Assembly: GCF_009914755.1 (NCBI RefSeq)
Contig: NC_060932.1
Length of the DNA: 64,000 nucleotides
Origin: the human T2T-CHM13v2.0 reference genome, Homo sapiens
Direction: 5' to 3' (one strand)
Part shown: positions 41,925 to 55,772 of the stretch, piece after piece
How the letters are laid out: each line of letters opens with the position of its first letter
Position numbering within the stretch: position 1 is the stretch's first letter
Position numbers and translations under genes: made by a program
The notes under the pieces: model-generated
What the model was told of the DNA's origin: nothing
Database searches by the model: none
Seen by the model: the letters and a program-made list of their open reading frames with translations, nothing else

Positions 41925-42930
41925 TTTTTTCATTGTATGAAAATATAAATAATATAAAATGTACTATTTTTAAGTATACGATTCACTGGTATTAAATGCA
42001 TCTATAATGTTGTGGAACTATCACCAGAATCCATTGCCATAGCTCCTTTAATCTTACAAAACTGAAAAGTTGAACTCTTTACCCATTAAGCAATAACTCC
42101 CCATTCCCCCTCACTTAAGCCCCGGGCACCACTATTCTACTGTCTGTTTTTATGATTTTGGCTATTCAAAGTACTTCATATAAGCGGTATCATGCAGTGG
42201 TATCTCATCTTTTTGAGACTGGCTTATTTCACTTAGCATAATATCCTCAAGGTTCATCCATGTTATAGCATATTTCAGGGTATTTTTCCTTTTTAAGACT
42301 GAATAATCATCCATTTATAGATATACCACATTTTGCTTATCCATTCATCCAGCCACGGGTACTTGGGTTGCTTCCACTTTTTATCTATCATGAATAATGC
42401 TATAAACATGAATGTACAGATATCTCTTTGAGTCCCTGCTTTCGGTTCTTATGGGTATATACCCCGAAGTAGATTGCTGCATCATATAATAATTCTGTGT
42501 TTAAATTTTTGAGGAATCACCATACTGTTTTCCACAGCATCTGTACCATTTTGCATTCCCACCAACAATATACAAATGTTCCAATTCTTCGCATTCTCGC
42601 CAAAATTTGTTACATGTTGTTGCAAAAGTAATTGTGGTTTTTGCCATTAAAAGTAGTTACTTTTGCACCAGCCTAGTATTTTTTTTTCTGAGTTTTTTTT
42701 TCTTTTGTTAGTAATGGGTGTGAGTGGTATCTCATAATTTTTATTTGTATTTCTATAGTTGTTATTGATGTTAAGCATCTTTTCATGTGCTTACCAGTCA
42801 TTTCTGTATCTCCTTTGGAGAAGTATCTGTGTATTCAGCGTTTGCTTATTTTCACATTGAATTATCAGTATTTTTTGCTGTTGAATTTTAGGAGTTCTCT
42901 ATATATTCTGGATATTAATTTATTGTCAGG
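41925..42930 (-). mobile_element. L1MB-type 3' fragment
   Basis: 'gactggcttatttcacttagcataatatcctcaaggttcatccatg', 'ccattttgcattcccaccaaca', 'tatatattctggatattaa'. Confidence 0.88.
42613..42676. mobile_element. MADE1 (Hsmar1-derived MITE), internally deleted, nested in the L1
   Basis: 'tgcaaaagtaattgtggtttttgccattaaaagtagttacttttgcaccagcct' matches the MADE1 terminal inverted repeats. Confidence 0.85.
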
Positions 42931-45266
42931 TACAGATTTGGCTTTGATGGCACTAAAGCTACTTCTTCTTACCTTCGAAGTCACAGTACCTGTAATGATT
43001 GCTTATGTTTAGCAAATTAACATCATTAGGCTTTCTCTGTCATTATATAACCCCTTCATCCTAAGACTCACACATGAGCACCTCAACTGAGGCTGGGGAT
43101 GTGTGTCCCTGTTGTTGGGGGAACACATGTCCTTAGCTCTGACTCCCTTTCTCCAGGGTCATTTCTATCCTCTCTTCCGATGACGGTCTACCCCACAGAT
43201 CCTAAGCCACATCCAAGTCACCTGAATTCCAGCATGATTCTTACTTAGATTCTTAAGTTTAAATGCTTGTAATTCCTTCTTCCTTTCCTCTCCTTATTAA
43301 GTACCTTTAAGGAAGTAGAAAACTCTCAACATTTAGAAACACTTACAAGCATATGAATTTCCATATTATTAATGCCTCGTGACCAAGATGTCCTGACACA
43401 TTTATATGGTCCTGTAAAAGTTTTATAAATAATCTGGAGCATATTATTTCTTTATATCCTCACTTTGTGAACTAGACAAGGTAGATATTAAAATTCCAAG
43501 TCTCAGGAAGTTTGAATGATTTTTCTTAAGCTTAGTCAGCTAATTAGGAGCAGAATCAGGACTGGAATTTAGGGCTTCTGGCTCCACTTTATCTCTGAGG
43601 CTTGTACTATTCTACTGGGATATCATTAGAAGAAATGCCAAATGAATGCCATTGCCTCTTCAGCCCTAAACACAAAGCCCAGTTAAGTGTTTCCCTGACA
43701 TTTTTCCTGACATCTATAAAAATTCATATTTTATTTTTATTCACATGCTGATTGATTTAGATGTTATGAAAATTAAATAAGTTCCAAAAGGCAGAAGATA
43801 GGCTATACACATATTTTTAAAAATTTGTCATTGTTCAAACAATATTGAATATAAAATTGAAATGTCCCTCATTATAAAAAAAAATTCTCTAAGAGTGACT
43901 AGTTATAAGGTTATATCTTTTGGCATGATGCACCTCTAAGCAGTGCTTGCATAAAGTCTCTACCAAAGCTGACAGAGCTTCCCTAAGGCCTAAAGAACTT
44001 GGCAAATGTTGTTGAACAAAAATGACAACAATGAAACTGTGTAGGAGGATTCTGCATTAGTGCACCTAAGAATGTTCTCGCTAATTTGAGCACTTCTCAC
44101 CATGGAATAATGCTTTTGTTCCTCTCTGTCTTTTTCTGCTGTCTCACAGAGACTCCTAACAGGGCTCCCTGGACCAGGCTTAGACATCAATAGGGATGGA
44201 CTAGAGGCATTCCATGGAGGTGACAATTACAGAAGATCAGAAGTGCCTAGCTACACACTCTATTTTCTTCTAGCATCTGAAATTATTGACTTGAACCCAT
44301 TTGTGGGGTCACTAAGCCACCTTCATATAATATTTATTACATGTGCAAAGTCAGAACATATGGAGAGCATTTGCATTTGAATGGGGGAAACATGCTGTTA
44401 GATAAATTAGAAAATCTTTATATTTGCATTTTTCTTTATTTAAAAAAATCAATCTGTGGTATAGTAGAGCTAGGAATATTCCCTTTTTGGTTGACTTCTT
44501 CACTCTGTGTTTAAACTTTCTCAGCATTGAGGCATGTGATTAAAAGGAGCTATTTTCCTAATACAAACAAAAGCATTGAACATCCTGTGAAACAAAAGTT
44601 GTTCATTTTAACTTGCGTTATATGGAAATGTGACATGTTTTAGATTTGTGTAAGCTCATGTACTTGAAAATCAGACTTGTCTAAAATTTCTTTTGTAAGA
44701 TATTAGAGAACTTTTGAATTATACCTCTTATTTTTGAATGTACATTCCTCAGAGAATCATCTTTATGCACAAATAATGTTTATTTTATATTTTTAATCTA
44801 CTTTAGCAGACCCACCTGATTCTTCTACATGTAAGGTTGAAACAGTTTTGAGTGATAAAGAACTGATTTTATGGAGCAACTAATGATTTTGCTGTTGCTA
44901 CTTTTGTGCCAGCAAATACGTAATCCACAAGAATGTTATAAGAAAGATATTTATCAAGCCTCTAAAAAAAAAGAAAGTAATCAAAAGATAAGGATGCATA
45001 AATATCTTAAGACTACTCATGACATCAAGGAAGGTGAATCAGTATTAATAATTCACTAGTTTGTGCATACTTATTGTCAGGTGCTGGGTCAAATTAAATT
45101 GGAATGATTTGTTGACATGAGGATTTCTGGGTTCATGATGGATTCACATTAAAACAATTTTTATGTTTTAAGCCTTCTCCCATCAAATAGGTTTTACGGT
45201 CTTGTGTACACATTACATGAGGGAAATAGTACTTTAACATTTTACATGCTGGTGTATAGTCTATAT

Positions 45267-45609
45267 CAGCAGTCCCCAACCTTTTTGGCACCAGGAACCA
45301 GTATCATGGAAGGTAATTTTGCCATGGAGTGGGGTTGGGGAAAGGAGATGGTTTAGGGATGAAACCGTTCCACCTCAGATATCAGGCATTACATTCTCAT
45401 AAGAAGCATGCAACCTAGATCCCTCAAATGTGCAGTTCACAATAGGGTTCGTGCTCCTATGAGAATCTAATGCTGCCACTGATTTAACAGGCTGCGGAGC
45501 TCAGGAGGTAATACTCGCTCACCTGCTGCTCACCTCCTGCTGTGTGGCCCGGTCCCTAACAAGACCATTCACCGGTACCAGTCAGTAAGCTGGGAGTTGG
45601 GGACCCGTG
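45267..45609. mobile_element. MER1B-like hAT-Charlie MITE
   Basis: TIRs 'cagcagtccccaacc' ... 'gttggggacccgtg'; internal 'tttttggcaccagg' and 'gcagttcacaatagggttcgtgctcctatgagaatctaatgc'. Confidence 0.9.
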
Positions 45610-45631
45610 TTCCACATGTTATAAAAACTTA

Positions 45632-46131
<500 letters not shown>

Positions 46132-47019
46132 TTCGGAAAGAATTATTTGGTGATTCAAGTATAAAACAAAATCTATCAGATATTTGTGAAAAACATATTG
46201 TTACATTGTTACATGTTTTAAGAAGGGAATTAAACTCCTAGACTCTGTATGGTATAGGAGTTCAACACTATAGGTTGGTCTATACATCTAATGTTGGATA
46301 TGTATTTTGTGCCTTTTATTTAAAATAACATACATTTTATGGCATTTCTTGCTTTGCATTAATTACTGGCCATACCCAGAATCCTTTCCTTCGAATAAAA
46401 TAACCTCTTTTCCCAAACTTTTACATATTGTTCATATTTTCAACCCCCTACACAGTTGTTAGGTCTTGAATTTGGAAGAATTAAAGGGAATAACATTAAT
46501 GACAGTGAACTATGAATTAGGAACCTCACCCTATCAATAGCCAATTTCCCTCCTTTTCAGTTTTGTGTCTCAGTAATAGTCCTTAAAACAACAAATGATA
46601 CATTAAGTGACCTGAGCCAATTTCCTCTTGACATGGAACTATTCAACAAAGCCTCACATAAGCTAACATTTCCTAATTAGCCCCTTAACTGTTGACTTGA
46701 GAAAGGGTTTGCAATACAGGATTCTTATATATTAATAAAAACTATAGGTAAAAAATTCAAGATGTTGTTGAATCTTTACAGTTCGACTCATTATTCAAAT
46801 TCTTCATCTTTACATCAAGTTTCTCATCTTTACATTCCTCTAATTCAGGTCATCTCCACAATATGTCCAATAAACCGTATTTGCAAGATATCGGGAGAAA
46901 AGCGAGTCTGCCTCTAGGAATTATAACTGATACTTCCTTTGTGTGATGAACAGTGATTTTTATGTATTTAGTCATATGCTATTAGGGAATAGATATCTCT
47001 AGATCAGAGAACAGATTGT

Positions 47020-47466
47020 GTATTAGTCACAGAACATCTTAGCACTAGTTCCTCCAGCCCTAGTTCCTGTGGAGTAACGCGATGAGGGCCAGATATCTAT
47101 CCCCATGGGCAGCAGTGTTGCACCGCATGAGAGGAACCCTGGAATTATGAAACTTGGAGCTTACACAGGGCAGCTGGGCACATCTGCCCTTCCTCCCCTC
47201 CAGAGATAGAAAGACTTGTATGTATTCTGGCATGTAAGCAAATGACTCTCGGGGAGAGTAAAAAGATGCCTCCAGGTTTTATTTCATGAGCATATGGCTC
47301 CAGAGGAGACGCATCTCTAAACCTCTCAGGAACAGTTCATTGTCTTTTACTTCTGAGACATACTGTCCATTCAGTCATTCTTTAGCCAAGGTTGCCAGTA
47401 CTCTTTGCTAAGAAACCCCAGATCATGCAGAAATGTGAACATGTTCACAGAGAATTGTCTCTCAAT
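47020..47466 (-). mobile_element. LTR40-like ERVL solo LTR
   Basis: Right end reverse-complements to 'ttgagagacaattctc...catttctgcatg', resembling the LTR40 start; internal 'gctccagaggagac...atctct'. Confidence 0.7.
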
Positions 47467-47790
47467 CAATAGTATCTAGTACATTATTATACAAAGTTCT
47501 GGGGATGTTTGGCAGGGATTGAACCCATGAACTAGAATTATGAGCATTGGAACTTATCTAAACCAATTAGCAAATAAAAAAGTTACACATTTCTTGAGAA
47601 AATAATTTTATAGATTAATAATTACATGTAGGATATGCATATCTCAAGTCATCTGAGGGTTTAATGTTTTGTATACTTTATCTTACAAAATAGATTCCAA
47701 TTCATACTGTCTGGATATACAAGCATTAAGGCCTTCCAAAGGCAAAATCAGGCTAGGTGTGAAACATGAGTGGTATACGGAGGTATAGCA

Positions 47791-48122
47791 AGTAGTGTCC
47801 CTTGATACCCTTGGGGAATTGGTTCCAGGATGTCCCAGAGATACCAAAATCCATGGATGCTCTAGTCTCTGATATAAAATGGCATAGTATTTGCATGTAA
47901 TCTAGCCCACTTTCCTGTATACTTTATATCATCTCTATATTAGATATAATGCATAATACAATGTAACTGCTATGTAAATAGTTGTTTTATTTGCATTGTT
48001 TAGGGAATATGACAAGAAAAAAGTTTGTACATGTTCAATACAGATGCAATGTTTTGGAATGTTTTGGGGCATATTTTTGAATCCACAGATGCAAAACCCA
48101 TACATATAAAGGGCTGACTGTA
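47791..48122. mobile_element. MER2 (TcMar-Tigger) element
   Basis: 'ttggttccagga...gataccaaaatccatggatgctc...gatataaaatggcatagtatttgcat' ... 'agggctgactgta'. Confidence 0.9.
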
Positions 48123-50884
48123 TTTAAGTTCCTCATTCTGGTGTGATTAATTTTATCTCTTTTTAGTATACTTGTGGTTCTCAAGTCACTAATGTTTTAG
48201 TTATAAGGTGAAAGGCACACTGTGTAATTGAATGCTAAGGCCAATTCTTTACCTCTGATGTCTGGAATAAGAGCCAGATTTCCCATCCTTTTATGGAACT
48301 ACAAGCATCATGGCTATTAGCAATCCCAGAATAGTTCTACTCCCACTTTGGCTGAGTTTAAGATCTTTTTCTAAAGACAGTAAAAAGAGCATCAGAAAAG
48401 CATTTGTGAGGCTGAAGTACCTCACATACCAATTTTGTGGGCACATTTTTGGACCCTTAAGTTCTTTTTGACAGTTTTATAAACTCATGCCCAGAGTAGT
48501 TTCCTTTATTTAATATTTGTCTTACCCTCTACTTACAGGAAATGCAAGGCTCATCAGCTTTTTCAGGGAGTAGCATGACTCAGAGTCTGATGTACTTGAA
48601 AAAAACACAGCGGGAATCCAAACACACTTATGTCATTTTTATGTGTTAGAGAGAAACCAGGAAGCATGAATTCTCACTTTTCTTAACGTCTTTACAGTGT
48701 CAAAGGGATATTTGTGAAAAGAGGTTGTGGGAATCATTGTTCTGAAGTGCATCCAAGATTAGAAGCCTGGTTTATGTGTGCTATTTTGCCTCCCAGTATG
48801 AGCAGCCTTTTTATATTTATTCCAAGTATTACTGTAAACTACTTTTTCTTTATACATACACAATATATCTTTGTCTGTGATCAGAGCGGAGCTTCATTTC
48901 CACTGACCAATAGAAGGGCATTTTTATTTGATTTAAGTGAAACTTGGGGCATAATGCATTCTTTCAAACCTCTGATTGGACATGACAAACAAAAAGCTTG
49001 AGCTAGACCATGGTCATCTGAACTATTTCCAATAACTTACCTTTGTAATTGGAGTATTGCCTCAAATATTTCCCTGAACTCTAATTACCATGGATACGAT
49101 ATCACTCAACAGAACTTTTTCTTAGGAGCACTAAGAGTGTGGAAGACAGAGGATAAATGTTGTAGTTTCATTTGATTATCTCTATGTGGATGCTCACATT
49201 TTTTTTTCTATAACCAACCAGTTTCATTTTGATGAGAGTGTTTGGAGAGATGGTTATGCTGACACTAGCCTAGGTAAGAGAGTAAGTCTCCCTCTCTTAA
49301 AAAAAAGTGACAATGTCACTTCTGCTCACAGTCTGTTGATCAAAATGAGGCAAACGGCCAAACCTGATGCCTATAGGTTGAGGAAATTGTGTATTTGTGA
49401 ATAGTAATAGCACAGCAGCCACTAGGCCTCCCAGTCGTACTGGAGATTTCTAAAAGGCAAAGTGTTTTTAGTTTGTTTTAGGTAATAGGTTGATATTTAG
49501 CCTATTAAAAAGGCAGACCCTGGCTTGACAGACAAAAATTAATAATTAATTTGGGAGCCAGATACAGACTTAGGTTTTTTGAATTCTTGTTTCTATATTC
49601 TTATTTTGGAAGTTTACAGTTTGGTTTTATATGCAGGGGTGTTAGATGAAGGTGTATTGTTTTGCAAATAGAAACAGTCTCAGGAGACAAATAACAATGG
49701 CATGAGAAATTTATGAAGTTTATTTTTAGCAGCACTTTCAGGCAAGGTTTTGCCATCAATATTTTCATTGGTACCCAAGAAGCCAACAGAGGAGGCCATG
49801 TTTTATGAATTGATGTGGCTACAAATATTAGCTCTGACATTTTTTAAGTGAAAAATGGCAGAAAAGATACAGAAGCAAATAAATATAGAGTCTCTGACAG
49901 CCAGCAGAGATGGAACCCTTTCTAACAATTATGACCAAAGGTATGTGTGTGTGTGGTAGTTTGGTTTATACTTGCTTGAATGCTGTCCTTGTTCTTTTTT
50001 TTTTTTTTTTTTTTTTGGTAGTTCTTGCACCAAGTGACTGATGGCTTCCTCCAAAACAATGTCAGCAGGACAAGGATGTATTGGCAGGGTATCTTTTGAA
50101 TCAGTAACCCCATACTGATCCTTGACCTAATTAACAGTCTGCTATAGGCATCTTGCAGTTTACTGCTACTGCTATCGCAACATCAAGAAAATGTTGAAAC
50201 TTAAGCACCCATAAGAAACTTAAGGGGGTGTCCCACTCAAGTCATTATAAATTCAGTTTTATTATGCTAAAATTGTGTGAACTATAGTTCACACAATTCA
50301 GGCTGGCTGGAAGCCTGAATACTACACTGTTTTATATTATACCACATTTATTGGAAGAGTTGGTTTGCTTTTAAAGGAATCCATCACTATTAGTTTCATG
50401 GCGTATTTAACATCTGGTCAGGTCAGTTCAATACTTGGAAATGTTTTGATACTTGAAGTTTCCAGCAGATTTTAACACATGCCTTTGGATGTAAGTAAAC
50501 ACCTTTGTCCACAATAAATAAAATGTAACTGAGCAAATGAAACTGTCACAATGCTTTGAAAACTGTAGCATACTGACCAAATCTATGCCATGATTTTACC
50601 TTCTACTGATGGAAAGAAAAGTAACTTTGATTATTGCAATCTGGGCAATTCACTTATGTTATCTTATTTAACTTTCATGAAAATCTTCATATAGTAGCTA
50701 TCATTATTCCATTTCAAAATGGGAACAGAAGCTTAAAAATGGAATAATTTATAGACATACAACCTAGAAGAGGCAAAGCTTCTGAATACAACAGCTATCT
50801 AACTCCAAAGGTCTTGGTTCTTATAAGAATCCATTCTGTTTTATGTCTGTGATTGTAAGCTTTTAGCAGTTTCTCTTCTTCTAT

Positions 50885-51252
50885 TTCTTTTTTTTTATAT
50901 TTTTTATTATACTTTAAGTTTTAGGGTACATGTGCACAACGTGCAGGTTTGTTACATATGTATACATGTGCCATGTTGGTGTGCTGCACCCATTAACTCG
51001 TCATTTACATTAGGTATATCTCCTAATGCTATCCTTCCCCCCTCCCCCCTCCCCCCACCCCACAACAGGCCCTGGTGTGTGATGTTCCCCTTCCTGTGTC
51101 CAAGTGTTCTCACTGTTCAATTCCCACCTGTGAGTGAGAACATGCAGTGTTTGGTTTTTTGTCCTTGCGATAGTTTGCTGAGAATGATGGTTTCCAGCTT
51201 CATCCATGTCCCTACAAAGGACATGAACTCATCATTTTTTATGGCTGCATAG
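50885..51252 (-). mobile_element. L1PA 3' end, 5'-truncated
   Basis: Poly(T) then 'tatactttaagttttagggtacatgtgcacaacgtgcagg' through 'ttttttatggctgcatag'. Confidence 0.95.
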
Positions 51253-51984
51253 GCCTAGAAAGGTGCAGAAACTGCTTTCAATTCCTGAAGGGACTTGTCA
51301 GGCAAAATAAACATACTGAAAATAGCTTTGACCATTTCTAAATCCTTTCCTGGATCAGAGTTGGAGGTTGCTCCTACATTCATACGCATTGCTGATGGAT
51401 TCTCATCAATGGCCCCTACTTCTGGGTTGGCTGAGATCAATAAATCTTAGCAGTTTATAAATGGAAGAAATGGCTTTACATATCTTGTTTCCTGAATCCC
51501 TTTGGATATTTTAAAAGAGGTGATTAAAGTAAATTTATGTTTCTGCAGATGCATGTAAAGCTAATTGTTTTAATAACAGTATAATTGGCGAAAGGAAGTT
51601 ATGTGTAATAAGAAACAAAGCGTACCACTTCCAAAATATTCACATTAGGCATTTGTTAAATTTGCAGTGAGTTTCAGCATACACACATACACAACACAGA
51701 CCATATGTGAACATTAGGAAGACTGATTTGTTTAAAAAATCCACTTCTACACCACATAAGTAATATTTCTTACTGAGAGTCACTGAAGTGAGGAAGAAAA
51801 ATAACCACATAACGGGAAAAGAAAAACATTAAATTTAGTTATATTGTATATGTTTTGTGTTTATTAGTTTTTATTAATTGTAGGCATGCAGGTAAAAAAA
51901 TCGCCTCATTTGAAAATTAATAACCCAGGGCACAAACTATTAATTAAGGCATATAGCAAATGCCTTTTAAAAGTATTTTATACT

Positions 51985-52297
<313 letters not shown>

Positions 52298-52691
52298 CTA
52301 GCTGCTAGTTTAAGAGAGATGAGAATACATTCAAAGAGCAGGGAAAGGAGAGTGTCTGAACAGAGGAATTTCTAAAAATGAGTACAGTATTAACACAGTT
52401 ATCCTTACAATAGCCTGAGGTCAGGACTATTGTTTTCTCCACATTTTGGATGAAGGGACTGAGACACAGAGAAGTTAAGTAACTTGTATAAGATAGAGAA
52501 GAGACAGACATGAAACTGTTATAAAAAGGAAAGAGACAGGAAAAGAGGAGAGGAGAGAGAAAGAACAAAGCTTGGATGGCAAGTTAACTTAGGTCATCTA
52601 CCTTTGAAATTCAAGTAGTCTGTAACTTTTGCCATTACATTTAGAGGCACCCTCTGTGACACGGTCATAGAATACTGGTTCACTCTTAGGC

Positions 52692-52921
52692 ATTCAACAA
52701 ATGCCTATTGAGTGTCAGTCATTTATTCAACAAACATTTACTGAATGTCTAATTAAGTAGCAGATATAGTGCTAGTTACTTGAGCTACATTGCGGAGACA
52801 GGGCCTCTTTGAAGAGCTTGTGCTTCCTCTCCATGAATGCTAGATTCATGCTTTCCACCTAAACCCTACTTTTGGAAATCAAGAAAAGTTCACCTCCTTC
52901 ATGAGACTTCTTGGATTAACC
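52692..52921 (+). repeat. 230-bp direct repeat, copy 1
   Basis: Ungapped match to 55773-56002 with ~9 substitutions by eye. Confidence 0.95.
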
Positions 52922-52939
52922 CCATAGTCTATTTTCACC

Positions 52940-53812
52940 TAGAAATAGAACCCTGTTTTTGAGTCATGCACGTTGCCAGCTGGGATAAAAGGCTACATTT
53001 CCTAGTCTTATACCTAGGTGAACCCATGGGTCTCAGGTCAATGGGATGTAAATAGGATTTGTATGAGAATTCTGGGACATCCTCCAAGAGAGCAGATTCA
53101 GCTGGCAGGAAAGGAATTTGCTTTCTGATATGGTTTGGCTGTGTCCCCACCCAAATCTCTACTTGAACTGTAGCTCCCGTAATTGCAGGAGGGACCTGGC
53201 AGGAGGTAATTGAATCATGGGGGTGGGTCTTTCCTGTGCTGTTCTCGTGATAGTAAATAAGTCTCACAAGATCTGATGGTTTTGCAAAGGGGAGTTCCCC
53301 TACACATGCTCCCTCTTTCCTGTCGCCATGTAAGACATGCCTTTGCTCCTCCTTCGTCTTCCGCCATAATTGTGAGGCCTCCCCAGCCATGTGGAATTGT
53401 GAGTCCATTAATACTCTTTTCTTTATAAATTACCAAGTCTTGGGTATGTCTTAATTAGCAGCATGAGAATGGACTAATACACTTTACTACCTATCCTCCT
53501 CCTGGCCTGGAATAACATCACTGGGTGGGTGGAGTTTCAGTCACTGTCCCAGGACAGGAGGTGGCCTGGAGAATGGAGGCCAGTGCTTAGGTGTGGAGTA
53601 GAAGAATATAAGGGGCTTGCATCCCTGATGACCTGAAGGTCCCATTTCAGCCCTCACATAGCCTCTTTCTGGATTTATTTCATTTGAGAGAGAAGCAGTT
53701 ACATGAAGTTTGTTACTTTGTTTGAGAGATAAATGCAGTTATATTAGGTTTGTTAATTTTGTTTTGTTTTTGTTTTAGTTGTATGATGCTAAATCCAATT
53801 CTAATTGATATA
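52940..53812 (+). mobile_element. Old ERVL LTR (LTR16/LTR33-like) interrupted by THE1
   Basis: 'ctacatttcctag...ggtcaatgggatgtaa' before the THE1, continuation after 53481, ends 'ttctaattgatata'. Confidence 0.6.
53126..53481 (+). mobile_element. THE1 (MaLR) solo LTR
   Basis: tgatatggtttggctgtgtccccacccaaatctc ... gcagcatgagaatggactaataca; TSD ctttc / cttta. Confidence 0.95.
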
Positions 53813-55772
53813 CCTCCTTCATAAGATAATTTTATAAACCCCTGGAAGGAAGATTGTTCATTGGGCTTTGGCAGGCAGTGACCTTAAAACTAGGAAAAAC
53901 TGAGCTTTAAGGGCCCATGAAAGTCCTTGGCTTGTGGGTTTGCTGGCTCTTTGCTAGAATTATATTTTGTTTTTTTCTGGTTCAGGGTACCGTAACAGAA
54001 GGTGGGAAGCTATATTTTTCATGAAACTGATTGCTTTTCTAATTAACAATCTTGCTAATAAAGCACCACTGTACAGCAGATACAGTGTTTTTAATGTCAT
54101 GGATATTGTACCTGAAAGTAAGTGAAGAAGTGTCAGATAGTTTCTGCCAATATTTGAGCAGTCTTAGTTCTAACTGCTACAATTATGCAAGGTATTTGTC
54201 TTAGAAGAGCAATGGCCATTTGAGTAAGACTTTCCATATGGTGTTCCACAGTCACTGGGAGAAAATGGGCCTTTTTTTTTCCTTAGTGAGGTGATCCTCT
54301 CCTTCTTTCTCTACAAAGTAATGTGGAGTTTGGAATGAATTCTAATGAGTGAATAATAGTAAGATTTTGCATACTCATTTGGACAAGATAAACACAACAG
54401 CATGGTTAAAATTCTTGAGATGAAAGGCTGAGTTTCTGTAGCTTGAATTTTAGATGATAAATATCAAGAATCTATTTGAAGGTCAGCTATCACAAATATA
54501 ATTTTTCTCTGGCAACACTTGGGTAGCTTTCCTTGGCAAATTTTACTCAAAAAGAAGATAAATTATTTCTGCCTCAACTTTTTCTTTTACCTCTCTTCTT
54601 CTTTCTCTTTATTCGATTGTTTGCCTTTGAAAGTCTGGCTTTCATTGCATCATTAGACAGAATTGTGTGACCATTCCCAAAGAGATTGACAGTGTTCATG
54701 GCAGGCTGTATAGGAATCTTTCTGTGTGCAGGCTGGTCTACAATTTAGCATAATAAAGATCTGGCCTTATATTCATAGGATCTAGCCAGGAAAATTAGTC
54801 TTACCTCAGGGTTTAAAGAAATGAGGGTGTGTCCCAGGGGGATCTGTCTGTGGCCAGCAGGAAATTTAATTTTAAAAACTGAAGAATATACAATAGTTCA
54901 GGCACTGAATAATTTGAGCCTGCGAAGGTGCTTCTGCCACATATATTATCATAGTGTTAGTAAGGCCAGGAAGGTCTGAAGTTTGTATGAGTTCACAGAT
55001 ATTTTGAAAGACTCATGCAGGTATTTTTGATATGATTCCATTTTAAAATCACATTGTCTGTGATGTGTATTTATGGCATTATCTACCACATGTGTTTGTC
55101 CTGTAGAATTTACATTACAAAACCTTCTCTGATCAATAATTGACGATGAGTGACTGTAGTAGTTTGGGAAATAACTTGCTTTTTACTCTTTTGTCACCTG
55201 CTTCAATATAGTTCCTGCTGTTTGATGAGAATTGACTGAGCTGGAGCCTGCAAAAGTAACTGTAGTCAAATTAGTTACATTAAAGGGTCAAAATTATAGC
55301 TGCGTGGAGCTAAGGTCATGGCAGAACCAAAGAGCTCTGGGCACAGATCTTCCTTTCATGCTCGACTGGGTCCAATAATCCCCCGAGGCTCAGGTCTCTG
55401 ATTGCATTTCCAGATGGTCTCCTCTGGTGTAAACACCACCCGCGCTCTGTCCAACAGCATAAGCTACCCTGGCAGAAAGCAAAACAGCAGGTCAGGGAGC
55501 CCTGGGAATTACACAGTGGGTGGCACCTGTTGCCAAATTTTGACCTCTCTCATCCCCTACGTTATATACCCATGATATTTTCAACTTACCCCTTTCCTTT
55601 GGTATTTGCAGGGCAAACTCTCTAGTTTCTTAGAATAAAGCCAGCTTCATCCACTCCCCTTCCTAATCTCCATATATTCTTCAAACTGGTGCTTAGATTT
55701 CCTGGCTATCTTGCAGATGAATTCTAATATCTACTAGTCAGTAGAATGCATTTGTGTACTTACACACTTATT

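Noticed and set aside
51255-51440. Protein-looking 61-aa minus-strand ORF as a stand-alone CDS
   Set aside because: Non-ATG start, no recognised homology, no convincing splice sites; this length is expected by chance
52935-53436. Longest ORF in the window (157 aa)
   Set aside because: It is an antisense reading of the THE1 LTR plus the adjacent old LTR, with no protein-family features
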